This document shows positions 27,914 to 38,046 of a stretch of DNA of 64,000 nucleotides, piece by piece. Origin of the DNA: an uncultured virus (IMG/VR IMGVR_UViG_3300034092_002263) (taxonomy: Duplodnaviria > Heunggongvirae > Uroviricota > Caudoviricetes). The position numbers were made by a program, and so were the translations under genes. The notes beneath the pieces were generated by a model that was not told where the DNA came from, searched no databases, and saw nothing but the letters and a program-made list of their open reading frames with translations. Location: the IMG/VR virus record IMGVR_UViG_3300034092_002263. One strand, written 5' to 3'. Every line of letters starts with the position of its first letter. Within the stretch, counting starts at the first letter, position 1.

Positions 27914-28900
27914 ATGCCAATTTATCTTGGTGAAAACTTACTAGATTTTCCAGATTTAAAGCTTGGAGATATCAATATCCAAAAATTATATTTGGATAAT
28001 GTTATTATTTATCCACCCACTGGGGTTCTACCTACCACAACCACAACCACTCCAGAACCTACCACAACCACAACCACCACCACAACTGCGGCACCAACCA
28101 CCACAACCACAACCACAACCACTGCGGCACCAACCACCACTACAACCACCACTGCTGCTCCAACAACCACAACCACAACCACAACCACAACCACTGCGGC
28201 ACCAACCACCACAACAACCTCAACTACTACTACCACTGCGGCACCATTTTCACCAATGGCAGTTATGCTAACAACTGGTTCTTCATATACAATACCAACT
28301 GGTGCCACTACTATGAAAGCATGGGCTATTGGAAGTGGTGGAAACTATCAAAGATCCGCTGGTGGAACAGCATATAAAACTTGGAATGTTAATAGTGGCT
28401 CTTCTGTAGCTTATACAGTTGGTGCTGCTGTTAGTAATGGCAATTTTGATACGCCCGGTAATAATACAACAGTAACATATAATGGAACGACTATTACTGG
28501 ATTTGGTGGCGGTAGAGCAAGCAATGGAACTCTCAAATATAACGGTGGAGAATTTTCTGGCGGAGACGGTGGAGCTATAGGAGGATCAATACAATATTTG
28601 GGTAACGGAATTTGGGCTGCGGGGGCGGTTGGTGGAAATACCTCACAAAATATTGGACTAGGATATATAGTATTTAAAGCAACAGATGTAGATGGTCTAT
28701 TTGCCGTATTAAATCTATTAGGAATAGACCCAACCACAAATATAGAAAATATTAAGCCTAGTAATCCAAATGTATTTGGTGCTGGTAGTCATTTTGATAA
28801 GTATGGAGGATTTATCTCTGGCGGTATAGGCGGCGGTAATGGAGGATACTTTACAAATGAAACTAGAGAAACTGGAGCAGTAATACTTTACTTTACATAA
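27914..28900 (+). CDS. virion protein with mucin-like Thr tract and Gly-rich C-domain
   Basis: About 70 aa of (T)nAAP repeats; YTIPTGATTMKAWAIGSGG Gly-rich domain. Confidence 0.7.
   Translation: MPIYLGENLLDFPDLKLGDINIQKLYLDNVIIYPPTGVLPTTTTTTPEPTTTTTTTTTAAPTTTTTTTTTAAPTTTTTTTAAPTTTTTTTTTTTAAPTTTTTSTTTTTAAPFSPMAVMLTTGSSYTIPTGATTMKAWAIGSGGNYQRSAGGTAYKTWNVNSGSSVAYTVGAAVSNGNFDTPGNNTTVTYNGTTITGFGGGRASNGTLKYNGGEFSGGDGGAIGGSIQYLGNGIWAAGAVGGNTSQNIGLGYIVFKATDVDGLFAVLNLLGIDPTTNIENIKPSNPNVFGAGSHFDKYGGFISGGIGGGNGGYFTNETRETGAVILYFT
28034..28246 (+). repeat. low-complexity ACCACA / ACTGCGGCACCA coding repeats
   Basis: Tandem repeats visible by eye, encoding poly-Thr with AAP spacers. Confidence 0.9.
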
Positions 28901-28902
28901 TT

Positions 28903-29379
28903 ATGGCAAACATATTAACAAGCCCGAATGGAAATAGTATAATTCTAATTCCTCGCAGTGGATCGCACTCAATAGCAATGGCTATGTTACAGTCCTTTTA
29001 TCCAGATATAGAAATAACAGATTCATATCATCCTGCTTATTTTTATCCAATTAGCCAAGACAATGGTCAAAAATGTGTTATTGTTAGAAATCCAATTGAA
29101 AGATTTCGATCTATGGTGGCTCATAGAAATAGAACAGTTGAAGAACAATTAGAAAATCCAATATACGGTTGTGAGTTCTGCCATATTACAAATTATGACA
29201 GAGCATTTTTATTTGAAACGCAACTACAAGACTGTGCAGATTGGCTTGGGATTACCGTGCCATTACCACATTTGGATGCTAGTGAAAATAAGCCCGTTTT
29301 AACAACAGAACAAGAAAATAGAGTTCGTGAAATATATGCAATAGATATTGAATTATGGGAGTCATTACAGAACGAATAA
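28903..29379 (+). CDS. sulfotransferase-like protein
   Basis: IPRSGSHS and IVRNPIERFRS PAPS motifs; YAIDIELW. Confidence 0.7.
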   Translation: MANILTSPNGNSIILIPRSGSHSIAMAMLQSFYPDIEITDSYHPAYFYPISQDNGQKCVIVRNPIERFRSMVAHRNRTVEEQLENPIYGCEFCHITNYDRAFLFETQLQDCADWLGITVPLPHLDASENKPVLTTEQENRVREIYAIDIELWESLQNE

Positions 29380-29493
29380 TTAAATTAACTAAAAGGTTAA
29401 ACAAACCTGTTTAAAAATTGTTAAACTTTTAACATGTAAGCTACTATAGATAGTAAATAAATATTTATAAACCCAACCTAAAAGGAAATAATC

Positions 29494-29730
29494 ATGCCAG
29501 TATCTACAACAGATGTTGTTCAAAATGTAACAAGTTCAGAAACCATAAGAAACGGTGTTTTTGTAACGTCGTGTTTCGCAACAGGTGAATATCACACAAT
29601 TAGCACAAGCACAGATAGTAATTTTGTTAATTTTGATGTAAGTTTAACCTATGACCAATTAGAAGATAAGTATACATCTAGATTTGATAAAATATCATAT
29701 TACAATGCCGTTGATGGGGGTTCTCCATGA
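29494..29730 (+). CDS. hypothetical protein
   Basis: AAGGA RBS. Confidence 0.6.
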   Translation: MPVSTTDVVQNVTSSETIRNGVFVTSCFATGEYHTISTSTDSNFVNFDVSLTYDQLEDKYTSRFDKISYYNAVDGGSP

Positions 29731-30020
29731 GATATAGTTTTTATTGTGCATTATGCTTTTTAATAACTGGTTGTTCTACTCAATATTCTTGTGATATTGA
29801 TGTTGCGTTTAGCAATGTTACACCAATGGTAGAAGAAGCAAATGCGGCATTTGATAAGGCTGAAAAGGAATTGTTAAATATAAAACCAGATGATATTGTT
29901 AGGCCAGATCCAGATATTAGTAAATGCCCATGCAAAGGAAGTGGTGTAATTACACATGGCGATGGACATCAAACACAATGCCCGTATCACTCAAAAACGA
30001 TGAATATTTTAAAGAGGTAA
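29727..30020 (+). CDS. predicted lipoprotein with Cys/His-rich C-terminus
   Basis: Lipobox LITGC; CPCKGSG..DGH...CPYH. Confidence 0.6.
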   Translation: MRYSFYCALCFLITGCSTQYSCDIDVAFSNVTPMVEEANAAFDKAEKELLNIKPDDIVRPDPDISKCPCKGSGVITHGDGHQTQCPYHSKTMNILKR

Positions 30021-30023
30021 CAA

Positions 30024-30296
30024 ATGGAACTAGATTTTTACACAAGGATAGGATTACTACTAGCAGGGCTGCTACTTCTTTTATTTGTAAATGTTGATAT
30101 AACATATGTTTTATCAAGATTACTATTTCGTAAAACAGTCTCAGAAAACACAACTAATGAAAAAGAATTTTTAAACATGGTTAATTTATGGTATAAGCTT
30201 AAAGAAGCTTGTGAAAAACATGGATTTATAGACGCAAGTAATAAATTAGACGAAGTGTTTCCACTATTAAATGATAGGTCGCCTAATGATGAATAA
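30024..30296 (+). CDS. membrane protein
   Basis: N-terminal TM; GAGG RBS. Confidence 0.6.
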   Translation: MELDFYTRIGLLLAGLLLLLFVNVDITYVLSRLLFRKTVSENTTNEKEFLNMVNLWYKLKEACEKHGFIDASNKLDEVFPLLNDRSPNDE

Positions 30297-30744
30297 AAAA
30301 TTTGCTAACATTATAGCGGTATTAGCTATTATAATTGCTATATTTCCTGCTATTAAATTACCTATACTTCCTTTACCAACTCCACAACCTTCTATCAATC
30401 TTGATGTTAATAAGCCAGATCAAGATATACTAAATAAAGTCAATGCGATTAACTTAATTGTTACCAACAGAGAAGATAGAATTAAATTAGCCGTATTTAA
30501 CTATTGTTTTAGTAAAAGGCTAAAGGGTTATAACACAGACACACAAAAGCTAAATGACATTTACGTTAAAGCAGCCGCATATTATTTTGGTGAAACGATG
30601 AAAGATAAATACAATAATCTGGATGTAGAATTAACTAAAATGTTTGTAGATATTTTGGGAGACAAAAATCATATTCTAAGCGAAGATGAAAAAGTACAAT
30701 TACATAATACTTTTGGAGGTCTTGCTTGGAGTCTAATTCAATGA
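30286..30744 (+). CDS. membrane-anchored or secreted protein
   Basis: Signal-like N-terminus and Pro-rich linker. Confidence 0.6.
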   Translation: MMNKKFANIIAVLAIIIAIFPAIKLPILPLPTPQPSINLDVNKPDQDILNKVNAINLIVTNREDRIKLAVFNYCFSKRLKGYNTDTQKLNDIYVKAAAYYFGETMKDKYNNLDVELTKMFVDILGDKNHILSEDEKVQLHNTFGGLAWSLIQ

Positions 30745-31373
30745 TAACATTACCTATTAGAGATATAAAAAAAACGCTAGATGAAATATTTTCTAATTCT
30801 GGATATTCATTTAAAGACTTCTCTATAAAACTACCACAGCCATTGAACATGACTTTTGGTACTGTTGATGGTGACAAAATATCTCTCAAATTTGTTAATA
30901 AACTACCAATTATTAGTTGGAAAAAACTTATCACTATATCCGCATCTATCCAAGAAATAATCCTTGGTAATGATGGCGGAATTATAAGAATTAAGTACTT
31001 TCCAGATTTGAAATTTAAGTATACGGAAGATGTTGATGGTGTTACTTTCTTTAATTATGGCATAAATTTTAATGACATCAAGTCAGAAATCAACGAAGTT
31101 TATGACGATGAGGAGCGTAGAAAAATTGCAAATCAGTGCTTGCGTTATGCCGATGAATGGGTTACAATGTGCTGTGCGTCTGGAGTGCAGCGTTCAGAAT
31201 TTTCCAATAAGCGTTTAAAAAATGACTGCTATCGTTTCGTAAAAGATAATGTTATTACAGAATACAAACAAAATCATGGATCAGTTGTAATCAGCTTTAT
31301 AGTAATATATGTGATATTACCAATAATATTGAAATGGATTATTGAGAAGATATTTAAAAAGTTAACTAGCTGA
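30741..31373 (+). CDS. hypothetical protein with C-terminal TM
   Basis: ATGA overlap; hydrophobic C-terminus. Confidence 0.6.
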   Translation: MITLPIRDIKKTLDEIFSNSGYSFKDFSIKLPQPLNMTFGTVDGDKISLKFVNKLPIISWKKLITISASIQEIILGNDGGIIRIKYFPDLKFKYTEDVDGVTFFNYGINFNDIKSEINEVYDDEERRKIANQCLRYADEWVTMCCASGVQRSEFSNKRLKNDCYRFVKDNVITEYKQNHGSVVISFIVIYVILPIILKWIIEKIFKKLTS

Positions 31374-31411
31374 TTTCAGATATTTACTTACACATTATAG
31401 GAGCAATATAT

Positions 31412-33649
31412 ATGTTGGTCAAGAAACGCAGTGGCGAAGTTGAAGAATACAATGTGGAGAAAATACACAAAGTTTTAGAATGGGCCACTTATGATATAGC
31501 TAATGTTTCTTTTTCCGACATAGAGATGAACGCTCACCTATCTTTACATGATGGTATAAGTACGAAAGAAATACATCAAATTTTAATTAAATCTGCCAAT
31601 GATTTAACTTCTAAAACATGTCCTAATTATCAATATGTTGCCTCTCGCTTATTAAATATGTCTCTTCGTAAAGACCTGTGGGAAAGGCATGATTCTCCAC
31701 CATCTTTATATGATCATATATGTAAAAATGCCCAAGAAGAAGTGTATGATAAAAATCTTTTTACTAAGTGGACGAAGGATGATATAGAAGAAATAGAAAA
31801 ACACCTAGACCATAATCGAGATTATTTATTTACATATGCCGGTTTGCAACAAATGATTGACAAATATCTTGTAAAAAATAGGAGTACAGGTAAAATTTAT
31901 GAAACTCCACAATTTGCCTATATGTGTATAGCACTATCATTATTTCACACAGTTTCAGAAGTATTAGAAGCGTATAAATACTTCTCTACACACAAAATAA
32001 ATCTACCTACACCAATCATGGCCGGTGTAAGAACCAAAATAAAACAGTTTGCCAGTTGTGTTCTAGTCGATGTAGAGGACGATTTAAACTCTATTTTTGC
32101 TAGCGTACACGCTGTTGGTAAGTATACCGCAAGAAGGGCTGGCATCGGATTAAATATTGGAAGAATTAGACCTATCAATTCTAGTATACGTGGTGGCGAA
32201 GTAATACACACGGGCTTAATTCCTTATCTCAAAATATTTGAATCCACAGTAAAAGCAACTAGTCAAAATGGTATTCGTGGTGGTTCTGCCACTGTGCATA
32301 TCCCCTTCTGGCATTACGAGATAGAAGACGTTGTGTCTTTAAAGAATAATGCCGGAACTGACGATAACAGAGTTAGAAAGCTAGATTATTCTGTGCAATT
32401 TAATAAGCTATTCTACGAACGGCTAATTAATAATCAAGATATAACTTTAATGAGTCCAGAAGAAACCGATGGACTTTATTCTGCAATGGGTGATGATTAT
32501 GAAACATTTAAGAGATTATATGAGAAGTATGAAAATCACAGATCGATAAAAATAAAAAAGAAAATCAATGCACGAAAACTAGCAGAAATATTTGCTAAAG
32601 AAAGACTCGAAACTGGTAGAATATATGTGATGAACATTGATAATGCTAACGAACATGGTTCTTGGTCTGTACCAGTTTATATGAGTAATCTATGTCAAGA
32701 AATTATACATCCAACAAAGCCTATTCATGATATAGCAGATAAGGATGGAGAAATTGGAATCTGCATATTATCAGCCTTAAATCTACTAGAACTACACTCC
32801 GATCAAGATATTGAAAATGCTTGTTCTATAACTGTTAAGACTTTAGAATCCATTATTGATTATCAAGATTATCCAGTATTAGCTGGGGAAAACTTTACTA
32901 AGAATAGGAGATCTCTAGGTATAGGAATTACAAATTTTGCTGGATATCTAGCTAAAAATAAACTAAAGTATGATGATCCTGCAACTTTAAAGTTTGTACA
33001 TACAGCTATGGAAAAAATACAATGGTATTTACTTAATGAGTCGTGCAAACTGGCAGAACAACTAGGACCGTGTAATAAGTTTAACGAAACAAAATATTCT
33101 CATAAACTTTTACCTATTGATTGGTACAAAAAAACAGTTGACGAGCTAGTCAGTCCAGAGTATACTATGGATTGGGAGGGTTTGCGAAACAGAATAGCAC
33201 AACACGGTCTGAGACACTCCACTCTTACGGCTATTATGCCATGCGAGTCATCTAGTGTTATTCAAAATAGTACAAATGGAATTGAACCTGTACGTAACTT
33301 AATTTCATATAAGAAAGCTAAGAACGGTGTACTTAAACAGTTGGTTCCAAATTATAGTTCCAGAAAGAATTTTTACACTTTAGCGTGGGAAATGCAAGAC
33401 AACAAAGCTATATTAAATATTTGTGCTGTACTGCAAAAGTTTGTTGACATGAGCATTAGCGTAAATCTATACTACAATTATTCACATTATCAAGATGGAA
33501 ATATTCCACTAAGCACGTTGATTAAAGATCAAATATATGGTTATAAATACGGCATCAAAAATTTCTATTACTGTAACACTCCAGATTCTGATGGAGATAC
33601 AGAAAAAGAATTATCTAACAACTGTGAAAGTGGAGCGTGTGCAATATGA
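31412..33649 (+). CDS. nrdA: class Ia ribonucleotide reductase alpha subunit with ATP cone
   Basis: VKKRSG cone; FASCVL, SNLCQEI, GICIL, FYY and C-terminal CESGAC. Confidence 0.96.
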   Translation: MLVKKRSGEVEEYNVEKIHKVLEWATYDIANVSFSDIEMNAHLSLHDGISTKEIHQILIKSANDLTSKTCPNYQYVASRLLNMSLRKDLWERHDSPPSLYDHICKNAQEEVYDKNLFTKWTKDDIEEIEKHLDHNRDYLFTYAGLQQMIDKYLVKNRSTGKIYETPQFAYMCIALSLFHTVSEVLEAYKYFSTHKINLPTPIMAGVRTKIKQFASCVLVDVEDDLNSIFASVHAVGKYTARRAGIGLNIGRIRPINSSIRGGEVIHTGLIPYLKIFESTVKATSQNGIRGGSATVHIPFWHYEIEDVVSLKNNAGTDDNRVRKLDYSVQFNKLFYERLINNQDITLMSPEETDGLYSAMGDDYETFKRLYEKYENHRSIKIKKKINARKLAEIFAKERLETGRIYVMNIDNANEHGSWSVPVYMSNLCQEIIHPTKPIHDIADKDGEIGICILSALNLLELHSDQDIENACSITVKTLESIIDYQDYPVLAGENFTKNRRSLGIGITNFAGYLAKNKLKYDDPATLKFVHTAMEKIQWYLLNESCKLAEQLGPCNKFNETKYSHKLLPIDWYKKTVDELVSPEYTMDWEGLRNRIAQHGLRHSTLTAIMPCESSSVIQNSTNGIEPVRNLISYKKAKNGVLKQLVPNYSSRKNFYTLAWEMQDNKAILNICAVLQKFVDMSISVNLYYNYSHYQDGNIPLSTLIKDQIYGYKYGIKNFYYCNTPDSDGDTEKELSNNCESGACAI

Positions 33650-34890
33650 AACGTAGAAACTTCTTACTATCGACAGGCGTTGCTGGCATAACAGCAACTA
33701 TGAATAATATCAGTTTTTCTATCAACTATAACAATGATCCAAAATTTACCTCCAATGATAATAGCGTTATATACCTATATCTTAGCGGTGGACCAACACA
33801 CATTGAAACATTTAATCCACTGCCATTAGCCCCATCTGATAGAAAATCTATTACTGGTAATATACACACTAAAATACCCGGATTTGCAATTGGTGGTATG
33901 TGGGATAAAATAGCAAATCAAACAAACAAGATGACGGTAGTAAATAGCTTCCACCACTCTGATCCAAACCATGAAAGTGCAACACATTGGATGTTAACAG
34001 GAGAAAGAACCACTCCAAATAGTCCACCCAAGTGGCCCAGTTTTGGTAGTGTTATTTCTGGACAATATGGGACGAATATAAAAAATGGTCTACCTTCCTA
34101 TATCAAGTTAAATACAATTCAATACGATGGTGCCGCATGGATGGGTACTAAATACATGGGCTATACTGCTAGTAGAGAAGGTGTAGATGATCTGTTTATG
34201 AAAAATGAGAAGAAGTTCAAAGATAGAATGAAGATGTTAGAGGTACTTGAAAAGCATAGCCCAATACCGGATGATCGTAATGCTAACGCTTGGCTTGAAT
34301 TAAGAAGTCAGGCTGTAGACGTATTAGTAGGAAAAGCTAGTGAAGCTTTCCTAATAGAAAAAGATAAAGACTTTGCTAACTACAAAGATAGCCAACTTGG
34401 CAAAGATATGCTTACTGCTATTAGACTTATAGAGGCCGGCGTAAAATTTGTTACAATTAATTACGGCGGATGGGATATGCATGATAACATACTAAACGGT
34501 TTAAAAAGTAAAGTACCGGCATTAGATCATGTATTGTCCATGTACTTTAATTCAGCAGAGCAAAGAAATATCAACTATAAAAATCTATTAGTAATGAGTG
34601 GTGACTTTGGAAGAACTCCAAAAATCAATAAAGATGCCGGTAGAGATCATTGGCCGCATCTAGTTCCGCTATTACTAGCTTGTGATACATATGAAATGAA
34701 TAGAGTAATTGGTGCCTCTGATAGTAATGGAGAAAGGCCAGTAGACCATCCATTTGAACCAGAAGATTTAAAATGGACTATTTTAGAGCATATGGGTGTA
34801 AATAAAGATGCGGATTGGTATAGCATAGAAAATAGGCCAATGATGTTCGTACAAGAAAACGCAAAAAATATTCTGAGGTATTCAATATAA
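33646..34890 (+). CDS. DUF1501 family protein with Tat signal, between nrdA and nrdB
   Basis: MKRRNFL; YLYLSGGPTHIETFNP, GGWDMH, GDFGRTP and GRDHWP. Confidence 0.9.
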   Translation: MKRRNFLLSTGVAGITATMNNISFSINYNNDPKFTSNDNSVIYLYLSGGPTHIETFNPLPLAPSDRKSITGNIHTKIPGFAIGGMWDKIANQTNKMTVVNSFHHSDPNHESATHWMLTGERTTPNSPPKWPSFGSVISGQYGTNIKNGLPSYIKLNTIQYDGAAWMGTKYMGYTASREGVDDLFMKNEKKFKDRMKMLEVLEKHSPIPDDRNANAWLELRSQAVDVLVGKASEAFLIEKDKDFANYKDSQLGKDMLTAIRLIEAGVKFVTINYGGWDMHDNILNGLKSKVPALDHVLSMYFNSAEQRNINYKNLLVMSGDFGRTPKINKDAGRDHWPHLVPLLLACDTYEMNRVIGASDSNGERPVDHPFEPEDLKWTILEHMGVNKDADWYSIENRPMMFVQENAKNILRYSI

Positions 34891-34891
34891 T

Positions 34892-35971
34892 ATGCAAACA
34901 ATACTAAATAAAAAGAACGTCAATTATCTAAATCAACCTATATTTTTAGGTGAAGATCTATCATTACAGCGATATGATAAGTTTAAGTATCCTGTCTTTT
35001 TTGATCTATATAAGAAACAGCTAGAATTTTTCTGGAGGCCAGAAGAAATAGAATTAAAAAAGGATAGAAACGATTTTAAGAATGACAGTATTATGAGTCC
35101 AAACGAAAGATTCATTTTTACGTCGAATCTAAAATATCAAACAATGATGGATTCTGTGATATGTCGTGGAGTTCCAACTTTAGTAAATTACGTTTCTAAT
35201 CCAGAATTAGAAGCGTGTATGAACGTGTGGCAATTTTTTGAGCAAATACATAGTTATAGTTATACATATATCATCAAAAATGTGTATAGCGATCCTAGCG
35301 AGATTCTAGATAGTTGTCTTACCGATAAAGAGATCTTAAAAAGGGCAGATGTAGCAATTAAGGAGTATAATACTCTTAGGGAGCTTGGTAATTCTACAAA
35401 GAAAAAAGATCTTAAAAAACAGATATACTTAACCTTAATTAGTGTAAATATATTAGAAGCAATTCGTTTTTATGTCTCATTTATTTGTGCGTTTGCCTTT
35501 GCGGAAAATAAAAAGATGATAGGCAATGCAGATATCATCAAACTTATTAAGAGAGATGAGGCTTTGCATCTATATAATACCCAAGAAATAATTAAGATTT
35601 TGAGGACTGTTCCAGAAGAAGGTTTTGTCGAAATAGCTTCCGAGTGCGAAGAGGAGGCTTGCAAAATGTTTGATTCTGCTGCTACGGAAGAAAAGGCTTG
35701 GTCACAGTACCTGTTTAAAGATGGCTCAATTATAGGATTAAATGATAGGGTAATGTGTGAATATATAGATTGGTTGTGTATGACTAGGCGTAAGAATATA
35801 GGATTGCCATACGAAAAAGGATATAAAAATCCAATAGCTGGATGGACTGATCCTTGGATGAATAGTGAATCTGTACAAGTTGCACCACAAGAACATGAAA
35901 TTACTTCATATAAAATTGGCGCTAGTAAGAACGATTTAGAAGAAGTTGACTTAGGAGGTTTTAGTCTATGA
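34892..35971 (+). CDS. nrdB: class Ia ribonucleotide reductase beta subunit
   Basis: FFWRPEE, EQIHSYSY, LEAIRFYVSF, RDEALH and VAPQE motifs. Confidence 0.96.
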   Translation: MQTILNKKNVNYLNQPIFLGEDLSLQRYDKFKYPVFFDLYKKQLEFFWRPEEIELKKDRNDFKNDSIMSPNERFIFTSNLKYQTMMDSVICRGVPTLVNYVSNPELEACMNVWQFFEQIHSYSYTYIIKNVYSDPSEILDSCLTDKEILKRADVAIKEYNTLRELGNSTKKKDLKKQIYLTLISVNILEAIRFYVSFICAFAFAENKKMIGNADIIKLIKRDEALHLYNTQEIIKILRTVPEEGFVEIASECEEEACKMFDSAATEEKAWSQYLFKDGSIIGLNDRVMCEYIDWLCMTRRKNIGLPYEKGYKNPIAGWTDPWMNSESVQVAPQEHEITSYKIGASKNDLEEVDLGGFSL

Positions 35972-36411
35972 GTTGTACAAAGTTTATGGATTATATACAG
36001 GTATCATTACTAAATAGTAATGCTAAAATACCCACAAAAGCTCATAATGATGATGCTGGATTTGATTTATATTCTAGTGTTGATATAAACATAGCACCTA
36101 AATCAAGAGCTACAATCAATACATCAATAGCAATAGCGATGCCAAGCAATTTTGCCGGTTTAATTTGGCCTAGATCTGGCCTATCTGTTAAACACGGTAT
36201 AGATGTTTTGGCTGGAGTGGTAGATAGTGGTTATAGGGGAGAAATACTAGTATGTCTATACAATACTTCAGATGATATCGTAGAGATTCATACTGGGGAT
36301 AGAATCGCTCAGATTATATTCCAAGAGGTTCCTCGCGTATCATTATCAGTCAATGCAACGTTAGGTTCCTCGCAACGAGGGAGTAATGGCTTTGGAAGCA
36401 CAGGCACATAA
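35968..36411 (+). CDS. dut: dUTPase
   Basis: AGFDL, PRSGL, GVVDSGYRGE, RIAQ and RGSNGFGSTG motifs. Confidence 0.96.
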   Translation: MSCTKFMDYIQVSLLNSNAKIPTKAHNDDAGFDLYSSVDINIAPKSRATINTSIAIAMPSNFAGLIWPRSGLSVKHGIDVLAGVVDSGYRGEILVCLYNTSDDIVEIHTGDRIAQIIFQEVPRVSLSVNATLGSSQRGSNGFGSTGT

Positions 36412-37078
36412 TAACAACCGAAAAGATAAAAAAGCAAATAAGAAAAAAACCAGTTCCACAAATTCGCTAGAAGCTAAGACAGAAAATCAAAAAAATTATA
36501 TACGCTCTATTATAGAAAACGATATTATTTTTTGTACTGGACCGTCTGGCAGTGGTAAATCTTTTATTGCCGCTGGACTAGCTGCACAAAAATTACTAAA
36601 AGATGAAATAGATACTATTATTGTAACTAGACCTTTAGTATGCACTGGCAGAGACATAGGCTCACTACCCGGAGAATTGAATGAAAAAATTAAACCATAT
36701 CTACAGCCAATGGAAGAAAATTTAAGGTTTTTCCTTGGTAGAGATTTATTTGGTTTATATTTTAATCAACGTAGAATTAGATTTGAACCTCTGGAAACTA
36801 TGCGTGGATCTACATTTCATAAATCTTATATGATTTTAGATGAAGCTCAAAATTGCACTCTAGAACAAATTAAAATGTTCATAACTAGAATGGGACAGGA
36901 TAGTAAAGTGCTTATAAATGGAGATAATAAACAAACCGATATCTATACTAAATGTGGATTAGATTTTTGTATGGATAGGTTGTCTAGCGTTCAAGGTGTC
37001 GGAATCTGTCGATTGGAGTATCATGATATACAGAGGAACGGAATTTTAGGGGCTGTGCTTTACGCATTAGAAAAGTAA
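36386..37078 (+). CDS. phoH: PhoH family ATPase
   Basis: GPSGSGKS, LPG, MRGSTF, ILDEAQN and GDNKQTD motifs. Confidence 0.93.
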   Translation: MALEAQAHNNNRKDKKANKKKTSSTNSLEAKTENQKNYIRSIIENDIIFCTGPSGSGKSFIAAGLAAQKLLKDEIDTIIVTRPLVCTGRDIGSLPGELNEKIKPYLQPMEENLRFFLGRDLFGLYFNQRRIRFEPLETMRGSTFHKSYMILDEAQNCTLEQIKMFITRMGQDSKVLINGDNKQTDIYTKCGLDFCMDRLSSVQGVGICRLEYHDIQRNGILGAVLYALEK

Positions 37079-37422
37079 TGCTATACGATTATCAATGTGC
37101 TAGTTGTCAATATTTTATGATCGATGTATATCAATCGATTCACGATGCCCCATTAGATACATGTCCTAATTGTGATAGTAAATCTTTGGAAAGAATAATT
37201 AGCGGTGGACTTGGGGCATTTGTTAAAGATGTAAAAACTATTGGTCAACTAGCGGACCATAATTGGAAAAAATTAGGATCATACGAAAAATCAGACATGG
37301 TGCATCAAGACAAAAGGGTAATAGAAGAAAAACCTCAGTTTTATGGAAATGCTAGTAAGTCCCAAATAAGTAAAATGACAGAAGCACAAAAACAAAAATA
37401 CATTATAACAGGTGAAACATGA
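37078..37422 (+). CDS. FmdB-type zinc ribbon protein
   Basis: YDYQCASC..CPNC..LERIIS. Confidence 0.75.
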   Translation: MLYDYQCASCQYFMIDVYQSIHDAPLDTCPNCDSKSLERIISGGLGAFVKDVKTIGQLADHNWKKLGSYEKSDMVHQDKRVIEEKPQFYGNASKSQISKMTEAQKQKYIITGET

Positions 37423-37757
37423 AGTATGTTGAGAAGAATACAGACCTATCTGAAATAGATACTAGTATAACGGTTACCTTCTTTGACAAGAAGGGAAATA
37501 TTACAGATGATAATAGAAATGCTTTTGGGCAAATCATTACAAAGCAAAAAGCAGATGGTTCTAATCATAAACAGTATCAAATATCAACATATAATAATGT
37601 GTTATATGACCCAATGGGTGCAGACGGTCACAGAAAAAATATCAATCTTGTACTCAAAACTGTGGACCAACAAACGTTTGATTATTATATCATGTACCTA
37701 AAGACAAAAAATTCATTATATATGACTAGAGCGCAAAGGAGTTTTATCAATGGCTAA
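37419..37757 (+). CDS. hypothetical phage protein
   Basis: ATGA overlap; LYDPMG..FDYYIMYLKTKN. Confidence 0.65.
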   Translation: MKYVEKNTDLSEIDTSITVTFFDKKGNITDDNRNAFGQIITKQKADGSNHKQYQISTYNNVLYDPMGADGHRKNINLVLKTVDQQTFDYYIMYLKTKNSLYMTRAQRSFING

Positions 37758-38046
37758 AAAAGGACCGATTGGAAAAGTAGAAGCATTTTATATAGACAAC
37801 AATTACAAGAACATGACCGTTGCAGAAATTGCTACAGATCTAGATAGAACAATAACGTCTATAGAAAGCTACATTAAAAAGAATCACGTTAGACAAAAGC
37901 CAACAATTACTGTGGGTGATCAATTTGCTAGAACTAATGGCGTTACGATAATGACAGAAAATGCATCAAGTATGTCTGATGAAAAAAGAAGAAATAGTAA
38001 AACTATTAACAAGCCTAAAACATCTTGCATAACTAAAATAAAATGA
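37750..38046 (+). CDS. HTH-containing hypothetical protein
   Basis: MTVAEIATDLDRTITSIESY. Confidence 0.55.
   Translation: MAKKGPIGKVEAFYIDNNYKNMTVAEIATDLDRTITSIESYIKKNHVRQKPTITVGDQFARTNGVTIMTENASSMSDEKRRNSKTINKPKTSCITKIK

Noticed and set aside
27963..28308. PQ-rich and poly-Val ORFs, or a CRISPR-like array in the ACCACA repeats
   Set aside because: These are other frames of the poly-Thr coding repeat; there is no repeat-spacer structure
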